Shown: positions 26,130 to 38,553, numbered from the stretch's first letter. The stretch: 64,000 bases of DNA from Octopus vulgaris (GCA_951406725.2 OX597824.1:35340001-35404000); one strand, 5' to 3'. Program-made: numbers and translations. Notes: generated by a model not told the origin, from the letters alone.

Positions 26130-26960
26130 AAAGGCGGCGAGCTGGCAGAAACGTTAGCACGCCGGGCGAAATGCGTAGCCGTATTTCGTCTGCCGTTACG
26201 TTCTGAGTTCAAATTCCGCCGAGGTCGACTTTGCCTTTCATCCTTTCGGGATCGATTAAATAACTACCAATTACGCACTGGGGTCGATATAATCGACTTA
26301 ATCCGTTTGTCTGTCCTTGTTTGTCCTCTCTGTGTTTAGCCCCTTGTGGGTAGTAAAGAAATAGGTATCCCACTCGTCGCTACATTCTGAGTTCAAATTC
26401 CGCCGAGGTCGACTTTGCTTTTCATCCTTTTGGGACCGATAAATTAAGTACCAGTAAAGCATTGGGGTCGATGTAATTGACTATCCCCCTCCCCCAAATT
26501 TCAGGCCTTGTGCTTATAATAGAAAGAATCGTTAACACGCCGGACAAAGTGCTTAGCAGCATTTTATCTGTCTTTATGTTCTGAGTTCAAATTCCGCCGA
26601 GGTTGACACTGCCTTTCATCCTTTCGGGGCCAATAGAATAATTATTTCTTTACTACCCACAAGGGCCTAAACACAGAGGGGACAAACAAGGTTTGATATC
26701 GACCCCAGTGCGTAACTGGTACTTAATTTATCGACCCCGAAAGGATGAAAGACAAAGTCGACCTCGGCGGAATTTGAACTCAGAACGTAACGGCAGACGA
26801 AATACCGTTAAGCATTTCGCCCGGCGTGCTAACGTTTCTGCCAGCTCGCCGCCTTAGGGGCCAATAGAATAATACCAGTAGAGTACAGGGGTTGATGTAG
26901 TCGACTTACCCCCTCCTCCACACACCCGAAATTGCTGGCCTTGCGCCAAAATTTGAAACA
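26130..26960. mobile_element. Cluster of tandem and nested SINE family A copies in both orientations
   Basis: Repeated gagttcaaattccgccgaggtcgactttgcc. A minus copy at ~26643-26855 is flanked by TSD ggggccaatagaataat. Confidence 0.85.
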
Positions 26961-27067
26961 ACTAAGTCACAAAATGTATCTACAGTGAGTATACGTTGTT
27001 TCTGAGTGTTTTTTTTTCCTTTTTGCTTCCATGCCTCAAACACTCTCTCATCTATAATTTCTATACA

Positions 27068-27120
<53 letters not shown>

Positions 27121-28168
27121 GCACCCATGCACGCACGCACACACATGCCTGTCTTTCAGTGTAATCTCTAGTTTGATGATATGGTTTTACCTGCATGGTT
27201 TGGTTCCCTCTTCTACTGAGTAACAGAATGAGAGTGAAATCAAGTTGAAGCCCTTGTGTTCTCCTATGAAAACGGAAGTAGAAAGGTTATGATTGACTTA
27301 GTAGCACCTAATCACATCAATGACGAATTGATCTTTGATTCTTTATTGCTGTTAGTTCTTTTTATAATTCTTCTGCCATACTTTCGCGCCATTTTCTTTA
27401 GATGGCGTCACTGTAATAGCACCTGTCACCTACAACTTTTTGATTGTATTTTTTATTACTTTTTTCTTCTTTTTCTTTTATCTCAGTTAAATTTTTTCAG
27501 CTCTAATGTTTTGCTGGTAAGTTCCAAGGAATGTTTTGTAGTATCACATCAAATACCATTCTCCGGACGTTCTGGAATCAATTAAAATTCATTATGCGTA
27601 AGTGTGATGTATATGTGTGTTTGTTTGTTTGTGCGTGCGTGCGTGCGTGCGTGCGTGCGTGTGTGTGTGTGTGTGTGTTTGAGGATGATCTGCGGGATGT
27701 CTATACAGATGTTAAGATCACTATGGTAGTATACGGGATTGAGAAAAAATCGAAACAGCGTCTATTTCCCGTTCACACCCTTTCATCTTTGCCACGCCAT
27801 ATTTACCCCACCATCACCATCACCAACACCAATTAAATTTTCTTTAATTTTGTACTTGATTCCGCTGTTTCTATCTTTTCTGTTTCATTTTGTTTCTATG
27901 TCTCCCCCCCCCCCCGCCACTTCGTCTTTGTCCCAGTGTCATCGGGGAAGACATGAACTTTAACAGGTTTATTCTCCTACCTTAAAAACGAGCTTGCGTG
28001 GGTGTTATGAAGAATTCAATATTTTGAAGATGTCGGCAGCAATCTGTAAACATAACTGTACTTAGATATTACTATCTCTGTATATTACAATATGTATGTA
28101 TTACTCTGTCTATGTATTATTGCCTATATGTATTGCTTTCAAATTTGGGCTTAATATATATATATATA

Positions 28169-29020
28169 GCGAATGGTTTTGTTAAGCAGTGTCGATTTTT
28201 AAAATTCTGTAAATACTAATATTTTATAAGCTTAAAGCATATAGCGATCACCGCGCAAAGAAATTAGTCTAATAATGGGACATATAAGCCCTCGTCAGAA
28301 AAAAAAGTAGGTTTTCCCGTACGACTCGAACCCACACTCTTTTGTCTATACGACCAAGAGTGCTACCGATTACACCGGCGAACCAAACTGCTTTTTTTTT
28401 TGTTAGACTTAAGAACCATAACTAGTTCGTAGTTGTTTTTTTTTGTAAACAAACATTCATGTGCTTTTACTGCGAATAGTTTTGTAAAGCAGTATCGACT
28501 TTTACAATTCTGTAAATAATAATAATGGTATTTTACAAGCTTAAAGCTAATAAAAGTAGGTTTTCCTGTCGAGTCCCACACGTACGGGAAAAACCTACTT
28601 TTTTCTGTCGAGGGCTTATACGCCCCATTATTACATTATTTTCTTTAGTCATTGCGCGGTGATCGTAATAAGCTTTAAGCTTGTAACATGCTATTATTAC
28701 TATTTACAGAATTATAAAAATCGACACTGCTTAACAAAACCATTCGCAGTAAAAGTACATGAACGTTTGTCTACAAAAACAATTACGAACTACTTATAGT
28801 ACTTAGATGTGGAAGAAAAAAAAAGCATGTTGGTTCGTTGATGCAATCGGTAGAACACTTGATCGCATAAGCAAAGACGTGTGGGTTCGAGTCTCGCGCG
28901 TACGGGAAAACATACTTTTTTTTCTGTCGAGAGCTTAGCTCTCGACATTATCCCCCATTATTAGACTATTATTAGTCATTGCGCGGTGATCACTTTAAGC
29001 TTATAAAATACTACTATTAA
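28169..29020. mobile_element. Tandem-plus-inverted ~330 bp repeat with a tRNA-like Pol III unit, flanked by (TA)n
   Basis: Minus units 28169-28580 and plus units 28581-29020. Head ggttcg(c/t)(c/t)g(g/a)tg(t/c)aatcggtag...gggttcgagtc, followed by a T8 run. Confidence 0.65.
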
Positions 29021-29994
29021 TATATATATATGTGTATGAATATGCATATATATATATATATGTATGTATGCATATTCATACACATATGTATACAAGCTCT
29101 CTCCGTTCCTAAAAGAGACCGACACGGAATTGAAGGTGTCACATATATTCCTTTCTATAGTAGGCAGAAGGCCAGAAATTTCGGGCAGGAGACTAGTCGA
29201 TTACCTTAACTCCGATGTTTGACTGGTGCTTATTTTATCGACCCGGAAAGGATGAAAGGCAAAGTCGACCTCGGTAGAATGTGAACTCAGAAGGTGAAGA
29301 AGGAAGAAATGCCCGGCGTGCTAACGATCCTGTCAGTTCTCTGCCTTACTATCTGTATATATTACAATCTGCATATAATACTGTCTGTATATATTACCAC
29401 CTCAAACATCTTCGTAAATCAGAACTAGTTGCTTACATTTTCTGCAAGACCTTTTAGTTAAACTTGATGACTTTAAGGACTTCTGATTCTTTAAGATGAT
29501 TCAAAAATAATTCTCTAAAATTCTACACCAAAATATTTAAAACAAATACAAATTGGCAGCGATTTGTTTCAAACAAATATACGTGTGTACGTATACAATC
29601 AGCAACATGTATATATTTATACACAAGATCTCTCTCCTTATCCCCCTCTCTCTCTCTCTCTCTCTTTCTCTCTTTTTTTCACGCACACACACACATACAC
29701 AATTACGCTCGACTATTTGCTCGTACTCATCTGAAAATATTTCTTTTTCCATTCCTTTTGCAACAAAACGACAAAGCACTCAATTCCCACTCAAATTAGT
29801 GCTTCAAGATTGTTAAAGTGCCACTTAGATTGTTTATATTTATTCTGGCTGCCACATGATGTCTCCGATATTTCGTAGCGTTTAACTCTACGCTGTATAA
29901 AGAAAATTTCATGGTTTATTTTTTCCAGCCGCCATTTAAAAGATTTTGCATCTGAAATTATCAATGTTATCATGATTTTGAAACAAAAAAAAAC

Positions 29995-30120
29995 CTACTG
30001 CGTGACATCTTGAGCAAGTGTCTTCTATTATACACACGGGCCGACCAAAGACATATGAATGGATTTGGTAAACGAAAACTGAAAGAAGCCCGTCGTAGAC
30101 AGACAGACAGACAGACAGAC

Positions 30121-30151
<31 letters not shown>

Positions 30152-30385
30152 TAGATAGATAGATAGATGTGTGTGTGTGTGTGTGTGTCCACCGCTTGAC
30201 AAGTAGTGTTGGTTTGTTTACGTCCCCATAACTTAGCTGTTCGGCAGAAAGATAGCAATAGAATAAGAAGTATCAAGCTTAAAACTAAATAAATATTGGG
30301 GTCAATTCGTTCAACTAAAATTCTTGAAAGCGGTTCTCCAGCATGCCCCAGTCAATTGACTGCAACAAGTAAAAAAGAATTAAAA
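29995..30385 (+). mobile_element. SINE family B, headless and diverged, with internal (GACA)/(GATA)n
   Basis: Family B body and tail. Confidence 0.75.
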
Positions 30386-30551
30386 AATAAAAGTACTCTC
30401 AGTATTTTTTAATATTTCCTAACCATCGTATGAAGACATCCTCTTGTTTAATGGGTACTGGCTGTTTTGTGTAATTATTGGGGGGTTTTGCGGTAAATAT
30501 TTTATATTTGCAGTTACGTTGCTTTCTTTTAACTCAAAGAAGTGCTTAGAT

Positions 30552-31219
30552 CAGTGCTTCTCAACCATTTTACCCTTGCATAACCCTTAAAATAATTACA
30601 TGTCTCAAGGAACCACTGCACAAAAAAATTATTTACTATATCTTTCATGTGGAGGCACATGGTCTAGTGGTTAGAGCAGCGGACTCGCGGTCGAGGGATC
30701 GCAGGTTCAAATCTCAGGCCGGGTGATGTGTGTGTTTATGAGCGAAACACCTAAGATCCATGCGGCTCCGGCAGAAGGTAAATGGCAAACTTCTGCTGAC
30801 TCTTTCGCCACAACTTTCTCTCACTCTTTCTTCCTGCATCTTGCACCTCACCTGCAACGGACCGGCGTCCCGTCCAGGTGGGGAACCTATACGCCAAGGA
30901 AACCGGGAAACCGACCCTTATGAGCCAGGCATGGCTCGAGAAGGAACAAACATCTTTTTTATATTTTTTCCATCGTAGTTCACGTGGTAAATATATATAT
31001 ATATATATGTTTGTTATATATTTTTGATAACATAATAGGTTAGATAGGATAATGTCTATATTACAATAACCAATGATATGTTGTGCATGTATGTAATATT
31101 ACGATCATGAAATTACGATCATGAAATTAACATTAGCTTATTTCACTCTTTCTTGCGGAACCTCTAGGAACCTTTTGCGGAGCCCTAGAGTTCCGGGGAA
31201 CCCCGGTTGAGAAACGCTG
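30552..31219. mobile_element. hAT MITE with nested SINE C (30647-30950)
   Basis: TIRs cagtgcttctcaacc and ggttgagaaacgctg; 8 bp TSD gcttagat / gtttagat. Confidence 0.8.
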
Positions 31220-31242
31220 GTTTAGATAGAGAAGTTGCGTTT

Positions 31243-31308
<66 letters not shown>

Positions 31309-31319
31309 TGTGTGTGAGT

Positions 31320-31700
31320 ATAGTTAAAATTTTCAGAAAACAAACGACGAAGATAGGTGTAGGAACAACAAGCAGGTGTATTAGTTTAACGCTCAGGAAG
31401 AATGGAAAAGTCTTTTACGTTCCGAGCCTACGCTCTTCGGTAGAAAGGATTAAGAGGAAAATAAAAGGAGTGAGAATGGAAAAACAAAACAAAACAAGGA
31501 AAGAAAGAGTTGAGAGGACCATGAAGGAAGGAAGGAGAAAGAGTTAAACAGACGTAGAACATGATTGGTGTCGTGAATGTGTGACGGGAGGAAAGCCAGT
31601 GGGTGAGAGGGCAAGGACGCAGTCGAGGTACTTGGAGATCATTTCGGTGGGGCAGTTGCAGGCGAAGACGATGGGGCGGCCAGAGTTTGTGGGCTTGTGG

Positions 31701-31702
<2 letters not shown>
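31320..31702 (-). mobile_element. Internally deleted Neptune-like PLE: RT N-terminal fragment fused to pLTR with degenerate HHR
   Basis: Translates IHKPTNSGRPIVFACNCPTEMISKYLDCVL then, after a frameshift, LPSHIHDTNHVLRLFNSF. Degenerate HHR at 31412-31447. Confidence 0.7.
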
Positions 31703-31731
<29 letters not shown>

Positions 31732-31734
31732 TAT

Positions 31735-32381
31735 ATTATATAATTAGGGCTTAGTAAAATAAATTACTTTGCCACATACTGAACTTAGTAGAAATAGCAG
31801 CCAAAAAAAATTTTTTTAGCCGTTTCTACTACTTAAAGAAAATTTCTCTCAGATAATGTTTACTCCAGATTAGCTAAATAAAATCAGCATTTCTTTCGTC
31901 AGCTCAAAATTTCTTAATTTGGAAACACTAAAAAGAAGGAACTTTACCTCTGGTTCATTTGAGCTGGTTCATTTGAAGCGATAAGTTCGCAGGGAGGTAA
32001 AGTTCCTTCTTTTTAGTGTTTCCAAATCCAAATTAAGAAATTTTGAGCTGACGAAAGAAATGCTGATTTTATTTAACTAATCTTGAAACGTTGACGTACT
32101 CAAACGATCTATGTACTTGTGATATTTTTCTGTATTTACCTCCAAACCTTCGTGAGCTGTCTGGAGTAAACATTATCTGAGAGAAATTTTCTTTAAGTAG
32201 TAGAAACGGCTAAAAAAATTTTTTTTGGCTGCTATTTCTACTAAGTTCAGTATGTGGCAAAGTAATTTATTTTACTAAGCCCTAATTATATAATGTAATA
32301 TTTTGAATTCGCCTTAAATGGTCCTTTTACATACTGAACACTTGGTGAAATTGATTAATTAATTTTACCCTCAATTGTTGA
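31735..32381. mobile_element. Fold-back PLE-derived element in (TA)n with intact type I hammerhead
   Basis: Arms ~31735-31950 and ~31993-32293. The left arm lacks ~80 bp; the right arm has a 3' extension. Confidence 0.8.
32042..32104 (+). ncRNA. Type I hammerhead ribozyme motif
   Basis: tttgag CTGACGA aaga [22 nt loop] tctt GAAA cg ttga cg TA | ctcaaa. All core bases are canonical. Confidence 0.8.
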
Positions 32382-32449
32382 TATATATATATATATATAT
32401 ACATATATCCGTACGTGTTTGTGAGTTATGTGTATCTGTCTTTGAACAT

Positions 32450-32496
<47 letters not shown>

Positions 32497-32606
32497 ACGT
32501 GTTTGTGAGTTATGTGTATCTGTCTTTGAACATTCTGTATATATATATATATATGTGTATGTGTGTGAATGTGATATGTGTGTGTACATGTATGTATATA
32601 TCTGTA

Positions 32607-32698
<92 letters not shown>

Positions 32699-32714
32699 CA
32701 TATAATATAAATAA

Positions 32715-32912
32715 TATATATGTACATATGTATATGTACTTACATCTATACGTATATATGGGGATAGAACATCACGAAACGTGTACAGCAAAAAATACGA
32801 AGCACGTGTACATGAAACATGAACTATTCTTTCGAAAGAATATTTCATGTTCCATGCACTGGTGCTTCGTATTTTTTGTTGTACACGTTTCGCGACGTCC
32901 TGTGCCCTCATA

Positions 32913-32915
<3 letters not shown>
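32715..32915. repeat. Small fold-back of family-P-like 3' ends
   Basis: gaaacgtgtacagcaaaaaatacgaagcac...tattctttc|gaaagaata...gtgcttcgtattttttgttgtacacgtttc. Confidence 0.7.
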
Positions 32916-32957
<42 letters not shown>

Positions 32958-33295
32958 GTATAGATGTATGTACATATACGTATGTATATATGCATACATA
33001 TATATATATATATATATTATTTATATTATTTTATGACTGAACACTACGCATCCTCCTCCGAGTAAGTTATATATATATATATACACATCAACATGTGATC
33101 TCTTGAGCACCACCAGCAAAAATATTTTTTCCTCTGTCTTCCCTTCTTGGGATCTTTTCTTCTCCTTGTTTCCGACGAAGAGCTCAGCTCGAATCGTTAA
33201 ACCCTCCTTCCCTTCTTTCCTGAGCGTCAATAATACTTTAATTGTTCCACGTCCTCGCGTTGCTGTGTTTTTTTTCAGTGTTTTCTTGTTTGGAT

Positions 33296-33339
<44 letters not shown>

Positions 33340-34176
33340 TATATACATATATATATATAATATATGTGTGTATATATATATATTTATGTATATATATATT
33401 TATATCGATACAATAATTGTTTCTTGTCAGGAACAAAAAGATTTAATAGGACTGCAATAGAAGTGCTCTAATGGAAGAGACAAAAATATCAAACTAAAAT
33501 CATTGGACAAGCAAATACAAAGTCAACCGCATGTCATTTCATAATTCGAACATTTAATTATAGAATAAACATATAATCCGCAAGATGGAACAAAATTCAT
33601 ATGTACAGCACGTAATAATAATAATATAATATTAATATGGTATGGTGCGAGAAAAATTCTTGTTAAAACTTAGAATTAATATTCAAGCGATTCAAAGAGA
33701 ATACATTTATAAGGACGTAGAAAGTAAAATATAATATAAGTAATATATAAAAATATATAGGTATATAAAAATATAGGCATATAAAAATATATAAAACATA
33801 TATAAATATATATACATATATATATAGGAGCATATAAAAATATAACATATATATATATATCGTGTAAATAAAGTAAAATAATGTTCATCGTTTAGAAATC
33901 TTAATCGGTAAAATAAGCCTTATATACAAGAAGGAAATCATGTTTACTTATCCCTATGGCCATTTCAGGGGTGTATTATGGTTAAAGCACTAGGGTGCAT
34001 TTCGATATTACTTCCTTCGTCAGGGGAAAAAACATATATATAAACGCAAAGATAGCCATCACGCACCAGGCCTGTACGGTGTTGTTTGCTTTCCCACTTT
34101 GGTATTCATGCACGGATAACCCAAAGGACAAAGCAGTTAAGTTTTTTTTTTCATTTTAAAGCAGTAGAGGAAGCGG

Positions 34177-34228
<52 letters not shown>

Positions 34229-34510
34229 TTTCAAATCAAATTAATTCCAATGAATTAAAATTGAACTAAATTGACTTAAAAAGAGCCTCCGTGGTTTCAA
34301 ATCCTGCAAAACTTAAATACTTTTATTTTTCAATTTATTTACTTTCTATATACTCAAAAAGAATGGGTTTCCTTAACTAAATTAAACTGACTTAACTGGG
34401 TTAAAATTAAATTAAATTAAATTGAGCCTTCGAGGTTCCAAATCCTGCAATATCTAAACCAGTTATTTTTATTTTTTTATTTTTTTACAACTTATCTTAT
34501 CGTAAATCCA

Positions 34511-35160
34511 TTACTTACTACAATTTATTTTATTCCTGTAGATTTTCAGGAATGTAGAAGAAAATTTATGTACGCAAAAGGGGATCACGTCCGTAAATTT
34601 ATTCAGAATGTGCGGTCCATAACACCTAAGGATGGTAAGCGATTCCCTTATGCATAGCCTACACTTGCTGATGTTTCTCTTGAAGTTTGGGATTTTAGAA
34701 ATGATGGACCATTCTAGGAAATAATTCTTATTGTTCTTTCTCAGGTTGTGTATATGCGATGCAAGTGTAGTTGAGTTAAAGTATTTTTCGTTAGTAAAAG
34801 AGCTCATGTGTGACCTATATCGCGCCTTAAAATCCATCGTGCTACCTATATAAAATTTGTTTAGATTATCTACATCCCTAACTACACATTTATATATTAC
34901 GTTGGTAACCAGACATGAACCATCCAAAGGACATAATTTGGGTTTCCTACAGTTACATGTCTTATCGGGGCCTTTCCTAATTTTTTTCCTATTATTATCT
35001 TTACTTATTTTATCTCTAGTTCCAGACGGGTTTCGCTCATTCCTTCCCTCTAAACTACCCTTATTACATGGGTTCGATGAGTCCAGTAAAGGTAGACCAT
35101 TTATAGCTTTGGTACTCAGCTTTACAGGATTATCAACCACATTTTCTTGGTCATCCTCAG
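34511..35160 (-). pseudogene. Inverted duplicate of the PLE linker + GIY-YIG endonuclease coding region
   Basis: The 209 aa translation matches the C-terminus of the 35844-37514 ORF (except the alternative start codon rendered as M). Confidence 0.9.
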
Positions 35161-35873
35161 TTTGAACAGGACCTGATGAAATTAATCAAACGCCTGAAAT
35201 TTTCAAAATACACCAATCCATTCCAGAAGATGCTATCTCAGAAGATTTCGTCTATGAAATCGTCTCCCGACCTACATGTATTGTCGGATAAAACTGGGAA
35301 CATTTACTCTATACCACCAGATTTATATGATGAATTGATTTTAAAAGAACTTAAATCTGGCTATAAACATGCAGGTAAAAATGCCATAAATAAGATTAAT
35401 GCCAACCATTTGAAAATAATATCTGGTTTGGGCCTGCTTGATAGAACCCAACCTTATGATCCAAATACTCCCCATGCTTTATTGAAGGACCATAAGCCTG
35501 ACTTTCTATCTAATCCTTCGATTAGATTGATATGTCCCACGAAATCTGATTTGGGCAGAATCAGTAAATTCATTATCGATAGCATTATCCCAACTGTGAG
35601 GGTTAAGGTCGAACTTCCCTTATGGAAAGGAACTGAGGATGTAATACTTTGGTTTAACTCTATCAGAGATAAACCTAAGCTCAGCTTTATACAATTCGAC
35701 ATTTCGAATTACTATAGGTCTATAAGCCCTATTTTGCTAAACAAAGCCTTAATCTTCGCAAGAAGGTTTGTTGAGATACCTAAGTCGGATTTAGAGGTAA
35801 TTTTAGCGGCAAGAGAAACACTTGTCTCCTATAATGAGAGTGAATGGCAAAGAACCGACTCAGAGAATTTTTT
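35161..35873 (+). CDS. PLE ORF, N-terminal RT part (5'-truncated; ends at frameshift)
   Basis: FEQDLMKLIKRLKF, SDKTGNIY, LKDHKPDF..NPSIRLICPTKSDLGRISK and FIQFDISNYYRSI (first catalytic Asp). Confidence 0.85.
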
Positions 35874-37514
35874 GATATTACCATGGGGTCATCAGATTCT
35901 GCGCAGGTGACTGACTTGGTTGGCCTGTATCTACTCTCAGAAGTTAGGAAAAGCTTCCCTAACCTTACTGGTGGATTATATAGGGATGATGCCCTCTTTG
36001 CCGTGCGGGGCCTCTCTAAGACCGAATTAAACAGATTAAAGAAGTCGTTGAGAAGCTTTTTGAAAGATTTTTTAAATCTTGATATCATCTACGACAGTAA
36101 CTCTAGGGTAGTAAACTTCTTGGACGTTACCTTGTGTCTTAATACCGGTCTGTACTACCCCTTTCGTAAGGCTAATAAATCGATAGCATATATCAATGTG
36201 TCATCTAATCATCCGAAATCCACAATAGATAGTATCATAACTGCGATTTCAACTAGAATATCCAATTTATCTGCGAACGAAGAGATTTTTGAGCAACACG
36301 CACCAGTGTATAATAATGCCCTAAGTTTAAGTGGTTTCAAGTCTAAAATATTCTATATCCTTAATACTAGACTAAAAAACAGAATGGCTGGTCTGCCAAT
36401 TGAGCAAGTTGCAATTACTACAGATAAATACAATAATAAATACAGTAATAATAATAGGTTTTTGAATAATAATTATAATAAAAATAATACGTCTAGGAAT
36501 AATAAGAGGCCTTTAAATAATAATAATATGTTTAGGAATAATAATATGTTTAGGGATAACAGCAGTAAGGGTAGGTATAAGGAAATTAAAAATCCTGATA
36601 AGAAGTTAAACAAAACAGGAAGCTCACGGCCTAGAATAAGGGAAGTTATTTGGTTCGCTCCCCCTTTCTCCCTTAGAGTAAGGAATTTACCAAAACTATT
36701 TTTTAAGATTCTGAAGGAAAACTTCCCAAAGGACCACAAATATTATAGCATCTGCAATAAGTCGACAATAAAATTCTCCTATTCTGTAATGCCTAACTTT
36801 GCTTCCATCATTGCTTCAATCAATAGAAGCAAGCTTACTAGGTGGAACGACAGAAAAAGTTCCTCTGAGGATGACCAAGAAAATGTGGTTGATAATCCTG
36901 TAAAGCTGAGTACCAAAGCTATAAATGGTCTACCTTTACTGGACTCATCGAACCCATGTAATAAGGGTAGTTTAGAGGGAAGGAATGAGCGAAACCCGTC
37001 TGGAACTAGAGATAAAATAAGTAAAGATAATAATAGGAAAAAAATTAGGAAAGGCCCCGATAAGACATGTAACTGTAGGAAACCCAAATTATGTCCTTTG
37101 GATGGTTCATGTCTGGTTACCAACGTAATATATAAATGTGTAGTTAGGGATGTAGATAATCTAAACAAATTTTATATAGGTAGCACGATGGATTTTAAGG
37201 CGCGATATAGGTCACACATGAGCTCTTTTACTAACGAAAAATACTTTAACTCAACTACACTTGCATCGCATATACACAACCTGAGAAAGAACAATAAGAA
37301 TTATTTCCTAGAATGGTCCATCATTTCTAAAATCCCAAACTTCAAGAGAAACATCAGCAAGTGTAGGCTATGCATAAGGGAATCGCTTACCATCCTTAGG
37401 TGTTATGGACCGCACATTCTGAATAAATTTACGGACGTGATCCCCTTTTGCGTACATAAATTTTCTTCTACATTCCTGAAAATCTACAGGAATAAAATAA
37501 ATTGTAGTAAGTAA
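35871..37514 (+). CDS. PLE ORF: RT palm/thumb + Cys linker + GIY-YIG endonuclease
   Basis: FDITMGSSDSAQ, LYRDD, VNFLDVTL, SNHP, VIWFAPPFS, CNCRKPKLCPLDGSC, VIY...YIG, RYRSH, CRLCIRE, LNK, CVH. Confidence 0.92.
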   Translation, partial: FDITMGSSDSAQVTDLVGLYLLSEVRKSFPNLTGGLYRDDALFAVRGLSKTELNRLKKSLRSFLKDFLNLDIIYDSNSRVVNFLDVTLCLNTGLYYPFRKANKSIAYINVSSNHPKSTIDSIITAISTRISNLSANEEIFEQHAPVYNNALSLSGFKSKIFYILNTRLKNRMAGLPIEQVAITTDKYNNKYSNNNRFLNNNYNKNNTSRNNKRPLNNNNMFRNNNMFRDNSSKGRYKEIKNPDKKLNKTGSSRPRIREVIWFAPPFSLRVRNLPKLFFKILKENFPKDHKYYSICNKSTIKFSYSVMPNFASIIASINRSKLTRWNDRKSSSEDDQENVVDNPVKLSTKAINGLPLLDSSNPCNKGSLEGRNERNPSGTRDKISKDNNRKKIRKGPDKTCNCRKPKLCPLDGSCLVTNVIYKCVVRDVDNLNKFYIGSTMDFKARYRSHMSSFTNEKYFNSTTLASHIHNLRKNNKNYFLEWSIISKIPNFKRNISKCRLCIRESLTILRCYGPHILNKFTDVIPFCVHKFSSTFLKIYRNKINCSK

Positions 37515-37796
37515 TGGATTTACGATAAGATAAGTTGTAAAAAAATAAAAAAATAAAAATAACTGGTTTAGATATTGCAGGATTTGGAACCTCGAAGGCT
37601 CAATTTAATTTAATTTAATTTTAACCCAGTTAAGTCAGTTTAATTTAGTTAAGGAAACCCATTCTTTTTGAGTATATAGAAAGTAAATAAATTGAAAAAT
37701 AAAAGTATTTAAGTTTTGCAGGATTTGAAACCACGGAGGCTCTTTTTAAGTCAATTTAGTTCAATTTTAATTCATTGGAATTAATTTGATTTGAAA

Positions 37797-37845
<49 letters not shown>

Positions 37846-37984
37846 CGATACCTCTACTGCTTTAAAATGAAAAAAAAACTTCACTGCTTTGTCCTTTGGG
37901 TTATCCGTGCATGAATACCAAAGTGGGAAAGCAAACAACACCGTACAGGCCTGGTGCGTGATGGCTATCTTTGCGTTTATATAT

Positions 37985-38080
37985 ATGTTTTTTCCCCTGA
38001 CGAAGGAGGTAATATCGAAATGCACCCTAGTGCTTTAACCATAATACACCCCTGAAATAGCCATAGGGATAAGTAAACAT
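37985..38080 (+). ncRNA. Hammerhead-like motif in PLE 3' UTR (mirror copy at ~33940-34035, minus)
   Basis: atgttt..tccc CTGACGA aggaggtaatatc GAAA tg [~39 nt] ca TA | ggga..aaacat. Stem II is weak. Confidence 0.6.
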
Positions 38081-38553
38081 GATTTCTTTCTTGTATATAA
38101 GGCTTATTTTACCGATTAAGATTTCTAAACGATGAACATTATTTTACTTTATTTACACGATATATATATATATGTTATATTTTTATATGCTCCTATATAT
38201 ATGTATATATATTTATATATGTTTTATATATTTTTATATGCCTATATTTTTATATACCTATATATTTTTATATATTACTTATATTATATTTTACTTTCTA
38301 CGTCCTTATAAATGTATTCTCTTTGAATCGCTTGAATATTAATTCTAAGTTTTAACAAGAATTTTTCTCGCACCATACCATATTGATATTATATTATTAT
38401 TATTACGTGCTGTACATATGAATTTTGTTCCATCTTGCGGATTATATGTTTATTCTATAATTAAATGTTCGAATTATGAAATGACATGCGGTTGACTTTG
38501 TATTTGCTTGTCCAATGATTTTAGTTTGATATATATATTTATATATATATGTA

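Larger units (their letters stand above)
33405..38532 (+). mobile_element. Penelope-like retroelement (Hydra-clade-like), 5'-truncated, with inverted 3' duplication, inserted in (TA)n
   Basis: 33486-35160 is the reverse complement of 36865-38532. Encodes RT plus GIY-YIG, has an HHR-like motif in the 3' UTR, and has (TA)n on both flanks. Confidence 0.92.

Noticed and set aside
28880-28935. Reversed-order hammerhead in the tRNA-like repeat (gtgggttc / GAAAAcctac / CTGACGA)
   Set aside because: Stem III pairs in one copy, but stems I and II do not, and the linker is too short.
33405-38532. DNA transposon with long TIRs
   Set aside because: The arms are duplicated coding and 3' UTR sequence of an RT-GIY-YIG element, a known PLE insertion structure; there is no transposase.
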